Numbered from the stretch's first letter, positions 41,630 through 55,326 are shown. The stretch: DNA of 64,000 nucleotides from Octopus vulgaris (GCA_951406725.2 OX597820.1:82088001-82152000), one strand, 5' to 3'. Program-made: numbers and translations. The notes: generated from the letters alone by a model not told the origin.

Positions 41630-41648
41630 TCATCATCATCATCATAGC

Positions 41649-42335
41649 TAAGGCAGCAAGCTGGTAGAATCCTTAGCATGTCAGCCAAAATGCTTAACGG
41701 TATTTCGTACGTCAGTACATTCTGAGTTAAAATGCCTCTGAGGCAGACTTTGCCTTTCATCTTTCAGAGTCGATAAAATAAGTACCAGTCGAGTACAGGG
41801 GTCGATTTCCCCCGAAATTGCTGGCCTTGTACCAAAATTTGAAACTACTACTACTACTACTACTACTACTGCTATTATTATTATTATTAGTAGTAGTAGT
41901 ATCATTATTGCTGCTGCTTAGGCGTTGTACTGGCGAAATCGTTAGCACACTGGGCAAAATGCTTAGCGGCATTTCGTCTGTCCTTACGTCCTGAACTTAT
42001 ATTCCGCCGAGGTCGACTTTACCTTTCATTCCCTTGGGGTCGAAAAAATTAGTACCAGTTGCGTACTGGGTTCGATGTAAACTTTCCTGAAATTTTTGGC
42101 CTTGTGCCAAAATTTCAAATAAGGTGGCGAGCTGGCAGAATCGTTAGCACGCCGGGCGAAATGCTTAGCAGTATTTCACCCGTCGCTACTCTCTGGGTTC
42201 AGACTCCGCCGAGATCGACTTTGTCTTTCATTCTTTCGGAGTCGATAAATTAAGTACCAGTGAAACTCTGGGGTCGATGTAATCGACTAGCTTCCACCCA
42301 CAAATTGCAGGCCTTGTGCCTATAATAGAAATGAT
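41649..42335 (+). mobile_element. Three tandem SINEs of family N (41649-41843, 41919-42120, 42121-42335)
   Basis: Head aaggcggcgagctggcagaatcgttagc and core gaggtcgactttgcctttcatcc..gtcgataaaataagtaccagt (resembles a Deu/Nin-type core; not verified). Confidence 0.85.
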
Positions 42336-43601
42336 TATTATTATTGCTGCTACTATTGTTCATGGTGTAATTTTTGTAGCCGTTGTTATTGGCATTCTTG
42401 TACTATCTAAATAGGAAATACTAGTCAAGAGTCACATGCGTTAAATATTCAGTCTTTCTCTTGTTAGATCCAAGTATGGCTCTATTGTTTGCATAATCAG
42501 GTTTATTTACCAGTCTTTATGGCATTGTTTCCTTACTGTGCTCGTATTCTCAATCGCTTTGTTATATAATTTCTTTAATTCTTGAAATTATTCTTTTTCA
42601 TATATACTCAATCCTTTTCTCTTTGTCATGTTTAACAACTTTTTATAAATTGGATTGTTTTATTTGTTTGTTTTTTTTTTTTTGTTGTTTTTTTTAAAAT
42701 TTGTTTTTCGGAAGGGTAACTGTTCTTTCTGCTTTTCTCTTTTTCTATTACCATCGCAATGCCCTCTCTAGCCATCAGTTTAAGTTGCTTTTCTTCTTAT
42801 TTCCTTTTATGGTTTCTGTTGTTGAAGTTTTCCTATTCTCATTCTGTCAACGCCAACTTGAGTGTTTCACTGCTTTCTCTAAGCGTATCTGTTAAGCAAA
42901 AGACCATCATTGAAGGATGACTGAAGAAGCTTGATCTACAACGCCCAGAACACTTATCCCACTGCATTTGTAAAGAAAAATCAATTAATTTTAATCTATC
43001 GATCATGCTCAATTTGCTTCCCATAAGCTTGAAAGCCAACCCTCTTTACATTATCAAAATTAATTTATCCTTTGGTTATTTTGATGTTGATTATTGTAAG
43101 GAAATTGCAAATACGGAACAAAGCATTTTATAAGAAGATATGATCCACATGAAGTCCTTCTTAATATTTGTCTTACATATAAATATGTTTAAAATCTAAC
43201 TTATATGTATGAGATCTGAGTTATTGTGGTAACGTCGGCCATGAATTCAGTAGTTTTTATACATTTTTGTCACTCTCTCCTATGGCAACTTTTCATTACT
43301 TTGGAATATCTCTAAGCACTTAACCAACATCATATAAATAACAAATGCTATCTGTAACAGACATTTTCCTGGAAAATTTAGAGGTCAGTGGCCAAAATTG
43401 ATTAGTTGAGAATCAGTTTAAATTTGAGTGGATTTCGTCTCATTATTTCTTTAACTGTTTCATATAACCGATATGTATACTCGTAAATATGCATGTCTGC
43501 ATTCTGCACGAATGCATGCATATATGCATATATTGATGCACATATGTATATATTTATACATATATGTATGTATATATATATGCATGTGTGTATGTATGTA
43601 T

Positions 43602-43647
<46 letters not shown>

Positions 43648-43977
43648 GCATATATTTATCTGTGTGTGCGTGTGTGTGTGTGTATGTACGTGTTTGTATG
43701 CGCGCATGCGAATTGATGAAGTGCTCTTTTCTTTCTATTTTTTCTCTTTTTTTTTCTTCCACGGTGCAACTAGCTGAGAGAATATTCCTCCACCCACCCT
43801 ATCCTGTTCGTACAACAATAAAGAGTCGGCCAATAGCTATTAGAGACAAAATGTCAGCGATGTTATATTGTAGCGAAATTTCATGTCGTCTTTATCACAG
43901 CTCTATCTCTGTAATTGTCTTCACACACCCTCTTTGCTACGGTATTTGGTACCGCAACTTGATAGCTTTAGTCTTCC

Positions 43978-43990
43978 TGATGACGACGAC

Positions 43991-44077
<87 letters not shown>

Positions 44078-44400
44078 GCCGGCGGCGGCGGCGGTGGTGG
44101 TGGTGGTGGTGCCGGCGGCGGTGGTGGTGGTGGTGGGCCGGCCGGCGGCGGCGGTGGTGGTGGTGGTGGTGGTGGTGGTGGTGGAGGTGGTAGTGGCGAT
44201 GATCGTGTTGATGATGATGATGATGATGACGACGACGACGACGATGATGAATATTATGGTGATGATAGTGGTGGTGATGATGGGGATGATGAGGAGAAAG
44301 AGGAGGGGGAAGAAGAAGAAGAAGAAGAAGAAGAAGAAGAAGAAGAAGAAGAAGAGGAGGAGACGGTGCGATGGTGATGAGGACGATGCTTATTTTTTGT
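43978..44400. repeat. Compound (GAT)n/(GGT)n/(GGC)n/(GAA)n tract
   Basis: Seen directly. Confidence 0.95.
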
Positions 44401-44893
44401 GTTTGTTGCTGTTGTTGCTATTACTGCAGGTGGTGGGTGGCAATAACAGTGTCGTTGACAGTGGCTGATATGGTTCGTAGGTATGCTTATTGCTGCTGTT
44501 GTTTTTCTTTTTCTGTTTGTTGCTGTTGCTGCTGCTGTTGTTGTTATTGCTGTTGTTCTGGTTGTGGTGGGAGAGGAACACTAGCTGTGTAAAGGTGTGG
44601 GGGAAGGGTAGTGTTAGTTTTTGGTGTAGATTTCATTTTGTTTTGTGGGAGAAGGATGGTTGTAATTGAGGGAGGAATGATAGTTACGGATGCTACAAGT
44701 ACATAACACATTATATAATAATAATGATAACAATAATAACAACAACAACAACAACACCAACAACAACAATCCCGTTATAGTTGATGAGAGTCATAGTGGT
44801 ACTCGCTGTAAATACAAATACCACTTTAATTCATCATCGCTATTATCATTATTATCCTCCTCCTCCTCCACATTCTTCGTCGTCATCATCGTC

Positions 44894-44931
<38 letters not shown>

Positions 44932-47241
44932 CATTCATCATCATCATCATCATCATCATCTTTAATGAGCCACTTGATATCAGCTCTAGCTGCACACATG
45001 CTTCTGTCAATGCCATTACTTAACTTCTCATCTTCCTTTTTTCTGCGCATAAACCCTTACACTTCTGGTCAAACAGGAATAGCGATCTCAGTGTAATCAT
45101 GTTAACCTAGTTTCGTTCAGCAGAAGCAAAGTAAAGACATTAGATATTGCAAGATAACTATTCCCACAACTGAAAAACCTAACGAAAGATGGATGGCAAC
45201 ACAGTAAAAAAAATCATCATAACCGTTACTCTATTCTTGTACTTGTTTGTTTAGATTATCTCTAATGCTGACCAAACATATAGTGATGCAAGGAATGTAT
45301 CCCAAAAGGTTCCTTTCAAGAAAATAATATGATCCACCACTCTTTGTACTACACCAGGAGTTACATCGGCCTGTATTGCAACAATTATCACATAATACTC
45401 CCAACATATGCACTGTAATTATTGTGTACATAATTTTTTAAAAAGTACTAAATCCAAGCTATCTAAATGTCTGAAGAACAGATATCGCTTCTCTTTCATT
45501 GTCCAATTGTTGGGTTGTGGTCTGTGTCGGTATTTTCAGGCATTATAACATTTATCTTTTCTCCGAATATGGTAACTTAGAGTCCTCTGTTTAGTCCTAC
45601 AAGCCTATCCGCCCATGGAATCGTTTGAAATTGTTTAATGAAAACATCCCTTTTTTATCATTCAAAAAACAACACTCAGCCTCAAATCCCCTGCTAAGTG
45701 GTTTGCCGTCAGATATTGTGCAGAAACAACACACGGAGGAAATATCACAATCTTCAACAAGTAAAATTCATTTACAAACAATTGTAACACATGCAACGTG
45801 ATGATAAAGAAACGAAAAGATACCGTAGTGTATCGTGCAACTTGCAAACATTCTCGTTTTCTAAATGGTAGTCAAGAGATTTTCTGTCCTTTTGTGACCA
45901 ACATTGTTCAGCATTAAAACACAAAAGCTTAACTATCCCTTCAAGAACAGAATATTTGGCAATACCCGAAACACAAGAACGCCCTACACTAGATCACTCT
46001 TTATATGTATGGGATAGAGCAACTGATACACCAGCAAACGTCTTTGACTGACTTATGTAAGACTATTCATTTCATACAACTTTCTTCTCTCCATTTTCAT
46101 TATTATATCAAACATCCTAGACAAGTCGTTTTTTTTCCAAGAATTGCCTTCCTCAATAATACCTTCCAAAATTTCAAACTGTCTTTATTCCTACATGGTA
46201 AATTGAGTGAATACTTGGAGATGTAATGATTATTGACACCACACAAGATCGTCGACTCACAGTTCAACATTTGTAAGACATTTGTGAGACACACAGTGCG
46301 ACATTTGCCCAGAATCACAGAACGACATTTGTGAGGAGAACTCCAGTACTTTATTGGTACTTTATTTTATCGACACCCAATAGGAAGAAAGATAAAGTAG
46401 AATTAGATGTAATTTGAATTCAGAACATCAAGAACCATAACTGAATACCAGAGAGCATTTTGTTCAACGCTTTAACGATCGGCCAATTCATTGTCCAACA
46501 ACAATAACAATTTTTTAATGTCTTTATCAGATGAGAAAGAGGAATTCTTTTGATCCTTTTTCAAAACCTATAAGACAAGTTGGAACAAGGAAGGATGTTG
46601 TTCTCAGACGTGAGACCTTAGCTTGAATGCTTACAACAGAGTAGTCTGATGAAAGTGACCATGAACCAGGTAGCGTTAAAATGAGCAATTACGAGACTAA
46701 AACAAGAATGTTCGGCAGGATGTTCCTGTTTTAGTGGATAAACAGTCTCTTACATGGTTCCCGTCTGCTTAAATTCAAGACTTACAAGACTTGTGTGGCC
46801 CGAAGCTGTGGCATGAGAAATTTACCAAGGATTCAGCGCAGCAGGAGTGAACCAAAAACTAGGCAACAGTAGAGCAAACTTCCTAACCATAAGCAATAAA
46901 TAATAGATATAACAATACTAGACAAATAATTAAATGCATATAGTTGAAATCTATCTTTGGCTGAAAAGGTATAATCAAAACACTACTGGTCAATGTCTAA
47001 TATCGTGTCTTCCTCAATATAGTCAGATGTTTGATGTTCCTTATATTATAAAAAAGTCAATATTAACTTAATTATTGGATATTTTTCAGAATATTTGCAT
47101 TTTTCCACACCAAAAGGCAATTTCTAGATGTTCTTGGTCTGGAAGTGCTACCAGAGGGTGCTACCGGTTCGAGGTAAATTCTACAAGAGGAACTTGGTCT
47201 CAGAAAGTAAAGACAGACGAAATGCCGCTAAGCTCGCCGCC

Positions 47242-47298
<57 letters not shown>

Positions 47299-47339
47299 TC
47301 AATAACAATAACAACAACAACAACAACAACAATAATAAT

Positions 47340-47632
47340 GCTTGTCAGTTGCTTGACCTTAACCAGTTGAGCATGTTCTTTGGTGGCTGGCGATATGTGT
47401 ATCTCTGATCACCGGCGGAAGTAGCGGGGAAACATCATAGTCATGAGTTGTAAGGAATTCTTTGGAGTTCGAATAATTCACCTCTGGAAACGTGTGTGTT
47501 TCGTTCATCATCCATAAATAAACTTTATTCAGGGACCTTTTGATTAGGATGTGTTACTCGACCTGAAGAAAATTCTAACTGGGCCCCACCTGCAAGATCA
47601 TGCGTTGCTTATCTTGATATGAGATCATCATG
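47340..47632 (+). mobile_element. Partial copy of element Z, starting right after (TAA/CAA)n
   Basis: Reverse complement of ~53373-53663. Confidence 0.85.
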
Positions 47633-48029
47633 TGTGCGTGTGTGTGTGTTTGTGTGTGTTTGTGTGTGTGCGCGCGCGCGTGCGTATGCGTTGCTGTGGA
47701 GGCTTTGCATGTGAAAATGTTTAACGGAAAAATGTAATAGCATTTTAGCAATAATTATAATATTATAATAGGAGGAGGAGGAGGAGGAGGAGGAGGAGGA
47801 GGAGGAGGAGGAGGAGGAGGAGGAGAAGGAGGAGATGTTCGACGGTTGCTCATAGAAAGACCTCATAAAACTACAGGTGCCCTGATTTTTGGGGCAGGTG
47901 CCTTTTTTCAGTTCCTTATCTCCGATTTATTGGCGTATGCCCAGAGCAGGCCCGTTCACTCGCTCCGTGTACGCCACTCTCATCCCGCTTTCAACAAAAT
48001 GGGTGGAAGGTAGCACTTCTCTCTCCATC

Positions 48030-48300
48030 ATTATTTTCCTCTTCAAGGGAAATTTGACGAAGCTGATGAAGAATTGAGCAAAGAGGAAAGTGTTTGTGAT
48101 CAGCCCCTTTCAATCTCATCTACTATACAAGCTCTTTCGCCATGTCCGCCTGGCATATAAAAACCGCCTACCCTTCTCGGTTAAAAGAAGGTGGCAAGGG
48201 CGATCTTCACGAGGGATTCAATTGATAAACAGATCCACCCACCTATAAACAATGCTCGGGCAGTGGACGAGTGCATGCAGGGCGGTTTTGTCGCGCTGTG
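48030..48300 (-). mobile_element. Old decayed Tx1/L1-type fragment
   Basis: agaggaaagtgtttgt..ccttt..tctttcgccat aligns with ~32480-32760. A related plus-strand scrap at 47128-47190 reads LVWKCYQRVLPVRGK. Confidence 0.6.
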
Positions 48301-48371
48301 CGCGTCTCTTGGACGCCGTATGCAAAACATACAGTTATTAGTGTATTACATGTGAATATTACATTTAAAGT

Positions 48372-48592
48372 TGAAGGCAGCGAGTTGGCAGAATCGTTAG
48401 CATGCCAAAAACATTGCTTACCAGCATTTTGTACGTCTTTATGTTTTGATTTCAAATTCTGCAGGGGTCGACTTTGTTTTTCGTCCCTTTCGGGATTGGT
48501 AAAAACGATTTCTTCTTGAGCCCTGGAATCCATGCAAAGGACTTACTTCCTCCCCCCAAATTGCTGGCATTGTGCCAAAATCTGAAACCAAT
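48372..48592 (+). mobile_element. SINE family N
   Basis: aaggcagcgagttggcagaatcgttagc...ggtcgactttg. Confidence 0.8.
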
Positions 48593-48597
48593 ATTAC

Positions 48598-48898
48598 ATA
48601 CTGGGACACCACCTTGAATGGTTTAGCCGAACAAATCAACTCCAGTAATTATTAAATTTGGTATTTGTCGTATCGATCTCTTTTGCCAAACGGCCAAGTC
48701 ACGGGATACAGAACAACATCGGTTGTCAAGTGGATGGCCTCCTTTCAATTTCCATCAACCAAATCCACGCATGTCTTCCGTTATAGCCTAGGGCCTTCGT
48801 CGACACGAGGCTATAGTAGAAGACACATGCTCAAAGTATCAAGCAGTATTACTGAACTGTGGTTCAGAAGCAAACTTCTCGCCACACAGCTACGCCTG
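48598..48898 (-). mobile_element. SINE family K (decayed)
   Basis: gaggctatagtagaagacac and catcggttgtcaag match 61862-62277. Confidence 0.75.
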
Positions 48899-49358
48899 AA
48901 ATAACTTAATAAAAATGTTTAAACATGCGTAAAAATGAGGTGAGCAGGTAGGAGAGATATAACAGTGGTCAATGACCTTTCGAGTAGAAACAAAACGGAA
49001 GGAATTTATCCCAGTAAGTACAACTGATATTTGTATCGTGTGGGTTATAATACGTCAGTATTATATATAAAAATTTACCCTTTAAATAACATCCCTGTGC
49101 AAGCACGGGAAGAAAGAACAGATGAACCCTTGGAACAAACAAGACAAAACGAACTTTTGTTTGAATACAACCGAAACAAAATGAAACAAATCAGCTTCAA
49201 ATAAAATTAATGTTTTTTAAAAGCAAATCAAATTTTACCACCGATAAATCAATCAACAGCAAAGACATCGATCGGTTTGGGATGAATTATAACTGTTCTA
49301 ACGTAATATCTAGATGATGAGGATGATGATCATGACCATGATCATCATGATCATCTTG

Positions 49359-49390
<32 letters not shown>

Positions 49391-49687
49391 ATCATCATCG
49401 TCGTCGTCATCGTCTCACATTCATGAAGTGGAGGATGATATAGGTGATTGATGATGGTGGTGAAAAGGAAAAGGATGATGATGAGGAGGAAGAGGAGGAG
49501 GATGAAGATAATGATGATGAGGAGGAGGGGGAGGAGGAGGAGGAGGGGGATGAAGATGAGGATGATCATGATCATGATCATGATAATAAGGATGGTAGCA
49601 GGAATATAAACAAAAAGAATAGCAACGATGATAATTGAACCAATAACAGCAAGAGCAATAACAAAAATTAAACAACAACCGTACCAC

Positions 49688-49719
<32 letters not shown>

Positions 49720-49855
49720 CAGTAACAACAACAGCAACAACCAACAGTAATAGCAGTAGCTGCAGTACAAATAGCGACTTTAACAACAATAATAATACTA
49801 AAATGAACTGTGCTAAATCTAGTTAAAAAGTGAATGTCATTTCAAAGAATGAGGT

Positions 49856-49894
<39 letters not shown>

Positions 49895-50782
49895 AACTAC
49901 TACTGCTACTACTACTACTACTACTACTACTAATAATAATAATAATAATAATAATAACAACAACAACAAGAACAACAACACTATCACCAGCACCACCAAT
50001 ATCATTACTATTACTACTACTACGACTACTAAATTGAAGTTCACACTAGCACAAAAGCTAGATGCAACACGACCTAAAGCTCATGTCACGAGTTATTTGA
50101 TGATATATATACATATGCACAAACACACACTCAAACTCACTCACATGTACACGCACATACATCTACATGGATACATACATAGATGTGTGCGTGCGTGTGC
50201 ATGTCCATCTGTACACACACACAAACACACTCTTACACACACACATACACTTATATATATATGTATATGTATGTATGTATATATTACACATACACGCATA
50301 TATATTTGTCTGTATATACATAGTGTATGTATGTATGTATGCATGCATGCTTATATGTCTGTAAGTATGTATGCGTTTATGTATGTACCTATGTATGTAT
50401 GTGTGCATGCATGTATGTGTGTACTAATGTTATAAGATATGCAAACGACGGTATTGAGTTACCGACTAATTGAGACATGTATATTAATACATAAAAATAC
50501 CAATAATGTTTGCTGCGTTTCTTATTAGATAATGTGACACGGAATCTGCACTTTAGCCTATCCTCCGGTGTGTTGACGGCATTCATAGTGCGTAGGATAT
50601 AGGAGTTTAATGTGGAACAAGTGGAACGAGTTACTAGCTCCAAATTCGTTGTAACATACCGTACTTGCTAGTACACTGTTAATTATATATGCGTGTGTGT
50701 GTGTGTGTGTATGTGTGTGTAATGCATACTTTCAAATGCACATAAGCCTAAGTACATATAACTGCTTTAATTATATATTATT

Positions 50783-50838
<56 letters not shown>

Positions 50839-50891
50839 TATTATTATTATTATTATTATCATCATCATCATCATCATTATTATTATTATTA

Positions 50892-50952
<61 letters not shown>

Positions 50953-50955
<3 letters not shown>

Positions 50956-51168
50956 GGCGGCGAGCTGGCAGAATCGTTTGCAGACCGGGCGAAATGCTTA
51001 GCGATATTTGGTCTGTCTTTATGTTATGAGTTCAAATTCCGCCGAGATCGACTTTACTTTTCCTCCTTTCGGGGTCGATTAAATAAGTGCCAGTTATGCA
51101 TTAGAGTCGATGTAATTGACTTAATCCTGTTCTCCAAATTCCAGGTCTTGTGCTTCCAGTAGAAAGGA
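50953..51168 (+). mobile_element. SINE family N inside (ATT)n
   Basis: Full head and core; (ATT)n on both sides. Confidence 0.85.
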
Positions 51169-51200
51169 TTATCATTATTATTATTATTATTATTATTATT

Positions 51201-52610
51201 TTCATATATACTCAACAGATTAGACTGTTGGGAAAAAAAGGAATTCTAATATCGGGCTACATTCAGCAAGTAAACTTAGATGCAAGAGAACCCACCTATT
51301 GGGTTACCGCAAGTAACCTTAGATGCCAAGAAACCTTCTGAGTATCTTAGTTGTCCCTAATAACACCGTTTTCGGGAGCTGTACTAAACTGGGTCATATG
51401 CCTATTTCCTCTATCCATCTGTTCAGATCTTTACGGATAGTTCCCAATACACCTATAACTACTGGGATATATTTTACCCGCAGTTTCCATAGTCTCTGTA
51501 ATTCAGTAGCTAGGGTCTGGTACTTTGCTATGTTTCTGTACCTCTCGTATTAATTCTTTCATTATCTGGCACTTTCTATTCTCTTTATCTACAACTACTA
51601 CTACTACTACTACTACTACTACCAAATCAGGCCTTCTAGATTCTTTACTCTATCAATCTGAATGTTAAAGTCCCACGACATCTTGTATTTCTTACTTTCT
51701 AGCATTTTACTAGATTGATGTTCATACCATTTATCAGTATGTTCAAATCCTAGCTTTCTACATAGCTCCCAGTGGATTGCTCTCCTTAGATTGTCATGTC
51801 TTTTCTTGTATTCTTTGTGCCAGCACGCTACATTCACTTACTACACGAGTAACGCTTTCCTGTTTTGATTTGCGTAATCTACATTGAGAATCTACTTAGT
51901 CTTTGTTAATTTTGGCTTTTATTCAATTAGTCCTTAATGTTTGATCTTATGCAGCTACTAACAAATTTTTTGTTTCCTTCTTCAGCTTTCTCTTATGCAA
52001 CCATAGCCATGTCTCACTACTACTATATGTTGCAACTATCTTTGGGAATCCATCATGCAACGCCTTCTCCTGCCAATCAGATAATTTCTGTTCTTTTTTT
52101 CGGTTTTTATGTTCGTTTGGGGTTTTGATCTCCCTATGCCTTGCTATGATTATAGCAGCTTTTAATAAATTTTCTTCACTATTACCTATATAGGAGTCTA
52201 TATCTACTCTAACAAGCTCCATGCAGTCTTCTACTAACATCTTCTGCCTTCCTTTCTAGGTAGGTATAATCTTGCTACTCCTGCTCTTGAGTGGAGTCCT
52301 CCATTCATACTGAATTCCTTCCTAGTTCTTCTGTCTAGCTTTGCTAATTTAGTTTTTGTCCAATCTACAAAAGCTGCTGAATATCTAAGTACTGATACTG
52401 CCCAAGTATTTACACCCGTCACTAGATTCAGACCATTTAGCTTTGACTTCATTAGCTTCCTCACCCTTCTGATGCATTCTTTCTCAATTTTCTTTTTCAG
52501 TTCTATAGTTAGTACTCTGTCAGATTCTAATACTCCTAGATACTTATAACTCTCTTCTCCTTTCAAAGATTTCAATGTCTGGCCATCTGGTAATTGGATG
52601 CTTTCGCCTC
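51201..52610 (-). mobile_element. R4/Dong-like LINE, third family, 5'-truncated, ending in (TAA)n
   Basis: ORFs 52234, 51947, 51619: YKYLGVLESD, YKKRHDN..IHWELC..WYEH..WDFNIQ, then RPDLVVV. 3' UTR runs into (TAA)n at ~51200. Confidence 0.9.
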
Positions 52611-52921
52611 TTCCCCTCTTTTTCTTGGTACATAAAGTCTGTCTGTGTCACTTTTTGGGTGGAGTGTCCCATAACTAGTTAGCGACTTCCTTGTCTTTCC
52701 GTCTACCATCCATGCGATTACTCCTGCTCCATATCTAAGGAGTGAAACCGCCCAGGTGTTGATAGCTTCAATCTTATTCCGTCCTTTTATTTTCGACTTA
52801 AGGATTAGTCTCAGTCTGCGCAAGTACTCCACCTTAAATTTTTCTATCGTTTCTTTCTCCATCAATTTATCCATTTCTAAAATCCCCAAGTACTTATAGC
52901 CCGTCTCTTCTATTTGCTTCA
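52611..52921 (-). mobile_element. R4/Dong-like LINE fragment (different family) abutting the previous copy
   Basis: GYKYLGILEMD..EYLRRLRLILKS..AINTWAV..HPKSDTDRLYVPRKRG covers the same protein region as ORF 52234 with a divergent sequence. Confidence 0.85.
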
Positions 52922-53104
52922 GATGAGTTCAAGGCTACTGGATCAAAAGATTTGGTGAATGTCATGCACGAATAGCTGCGCAACTCAACACCTTGTTAAA
53001 TGCCGACCAAGCAATACAAGAGTGGTTGACATTGGGTAGGACAGAGCTGTGCTTGAAAAACATCGAAAAAGGCAATACGGTAGACAATTACAGGCCGATG
53101 TCCT
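52922..53104 (+). mobile_element. Inverted upstream RT segment of an R4/Dong-like LINE
   Basis: Plus strand VQGYWIKRFGECHARIAAQLN..EWLTLGRTELCLK..NYRPMSC (start of the RT domain). Confidence 0.8.
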
Positions 53105-53144
53105 GTGTGCCACTATAGGGAACAAAAAAACTTCAATATCGACA

Positions 53145-53195
<51 letters not shown>

Positions 53196-53244
53196 CATCA
53201 TCATCATCATCATCATCATTATTATTATTATTATTATTATTATT

Positions 53245-53800
53245 GAGTGAGAGAGCAGTGCATGCCATCAAAGTGAAACTGGGGTAAAAATATACAAAGC
53301 CCAGTATACCCAACATGACTACCCGTCTGATAAGGGTACACTAGGCACATGCATCCCAACCATGTGTGCGCGACATGGTGATCTCATATCAAGATAAACA
53401 GCACATGACCTTGCAGGTGGGGCCCAGTTAGAATTTTCTTCTGGTTGAGTAACCCATCTCGCTCAAAAGGTCCTCGAATAAGGGTTGTCCATGGATGTTG
53501 AACGAAACACCCATGTTTCCAGAGGTGAATTATTCAAACCCCAAAGAATCCCTCTCAACACATGGCTATGATGCTCCTCCACTACTTCTGCTCGTGATCA
53601 GAGATGCACATATCGTCAGCCGAGGGACATACTCAAATGGTTAAAGTCAAACAACTGACAAGCAAATCTGTGGTATTGAGCAGAATATTTGCTGTAGCCC
53701 ATCTTTTATACCAAGACAAAACAATGTACATGATAACACTTCCATTCAGTTAAGATCAGAAGCCATGAGAGCCACTGTCTAGTACTGCATCAGGGCATTT
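53245..53800 (-). mobile_element. Non-coding ~555-bp element Z, full length, flanked by (TAA)n
   Basis: Near-identical copy at 54500-55051; partial copies at 8803 and 47340. No ORF and no recognisable tRNA head. Strand inferred from flank polarity. Confidence 0.85.
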
Positions 53801-53837
53801 ATTATTATTATTATTATCATTATTATTATTATTATTA

Positions 53838-53913
<76 letters not shown>

Positions 53914-53915
<2 letters not shown>

Positions 53916-54151
53916 GTTTGACTTTTGCTTTATGTTTGTACAAGTTGGCTCCAAGTCTCACCCAGAGACCTCAAGAGACAACAGGTTGGAAGTTCACGTT
54001 GTTGTTATGCCTAGTGTGCCATATATTTGGGGGGTTTTTTGTGTTGTACTAGTGAATGTCTAATAAATAATTTTAAAAAAAAGTTTTGTTTTAAACCTTG
54101 AGATTACATAGAGAGTATTTTGCGTAGGATATGAGCAGTTCCCATGAGCAC

Positions 54152-54154
<3 letters not shown>
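53914..54154 (-). mobile_element. Very short 5'-truncated Dong-like 3' end with (TAA)n on both sides
   Basis: Near-identical reverse complement of ~8406-8643. Confidence 0.92.
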
Positions 54155-54182
<28 letters not shown>

Positions 54183-54184
<2 letters not shown>

Positions 54185-54392
54185 GGCGGCGAGCTGGCAG
54201 ATAGTTAGCACACCGGACGAAATGCTTAGCGGTATTTCACCCGTCGCTACGTTCTGACTTCAAATTCCGCCGAGGTTGACTTTGCCTTTCATCCTTCCGG
54301 GGTCGATAAAATAAGTACCAATTGAACAACGTGGTCGATGTAATCGACTCATCCCCATCTCCCACAAGCTGCCCTTGTGGCAAAAATTAGAA
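54183..54392 (+). mobile_element. SINE family N
   Basis: Full head and core after (ATT)n. Confidence 0.85.
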
Positions 54393-54400
54393 GTAGTAAC

Positions 54401-54437
<37 letters not shown>

Positions 54438-54456
54438 TTATTATTATTATTATTAC

Positions 54457-54499
<43 letters not shown>

Positions 54500-55051
54500 G
54501 AGTGTGAGCGAGCAGAGCATGCCATCAAAGTGACACTGGAGTAAAATATACGAAGCCCAGTATACCCATCATGACTACCCGTCTGATAAGGGTACACCAG
54601 GCACATGCATCACAACCATATGTGCGCGACATGGTGATCTCATATCAAGATAAACAGCACATGACCTTGCAGGTGGAGCCCAGTTAGAATTTTCTTCAGA
54701 TCGAGTAACCCATCCCGCTCAAAAGGTCCCTGAATAAGGGTTGTTTAAGGACGTTGAACGAAACACCCATGTTTCCAGAGGTGAATTATTCAAACCCCAA
54801 AGAATCCTTCTCAACACATGGCTATGATGCTCCCCCACTACTTCTGCTCGTGATCAGAGATGCACATATCGTCAGCCACTAAGGGACATGCTCAACTGGT
54901 TAAGGTCAAACAACTGACAAGCAAATCTGTGGTATTGAGCAGAATATTTGCTGTAGCCCATCTTTTATACCAAGACAAAACAATGTACATGATAACACTT
55001 CCAATCAGTTAAGATCAGAAGCCATGAGAGCCACTGCCTGGTACTACATCA
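54500..55051 (-). mobile_element. Element Z, second near-full-length copy
   Basis: Aligns almost end to end with 53245-53800. Confidence 0.85.
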
Positions 55052-55072
55052 TAATATTATTATTATTATTAT

Positions 55073-55325
55073 CATATTTTTGACTCTTGCTTTGTATTTG
55101 TACAAGTTGACTCTAAGTCTCACCCAGAGACTTCAAGAGACAACTTAGAAGCTCATGTTGGTGTTAAGCCCGGAGTATCATATGTTTGGTTTAGCACATA
55201 GTATTGTTCTAGAGAATGTATAAGAAAACAAGAAAATTATGAGTTTGTTTTAAAATCTGAGATTTCGTAGACAGTATTTTACATAGGATATGGGCAGTTC
55301 CCATGAGCACTATCTTTTGAATTTC

Positions 55326-55326
<1 letters not shown>
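55073..55326 (-). mobile_element. Dong-like LINE 3' end, more diverged copy
   Basis: gcagttcccatgagcactatcttttgaatttctgc and aagtctcacccagaga match 8390-8643. Confidence 0.85.

Noticed and set aside
42850-43380. Very decayed PLE-like remnants (also ~30-350, 30500-31100, 45700-46300, 60330-60960)
   Set aside because: Only faint motif echoes; too eroded to call without a profile search.
43473-44468. 331-aa ORF and the overlapping D/G/E-rich ORF 43883..44377
   Set aside because: Built from di- and trinucleotide repeats that lack stops; no domain or splice evidence.
50555-50605. Possible miRNA-like hairpin in unique sequence
   Set aside because: Only the outer 6-8 bp pair; the stem is too imperfect.
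53740-53800. HDV-like ribozyme or hammerhead at the inferred 5' end of element Z
   Set aside because: A hairpin is present, but L3 and J4/2 consensus and CUGANGA-GAAA do not fit by eye.
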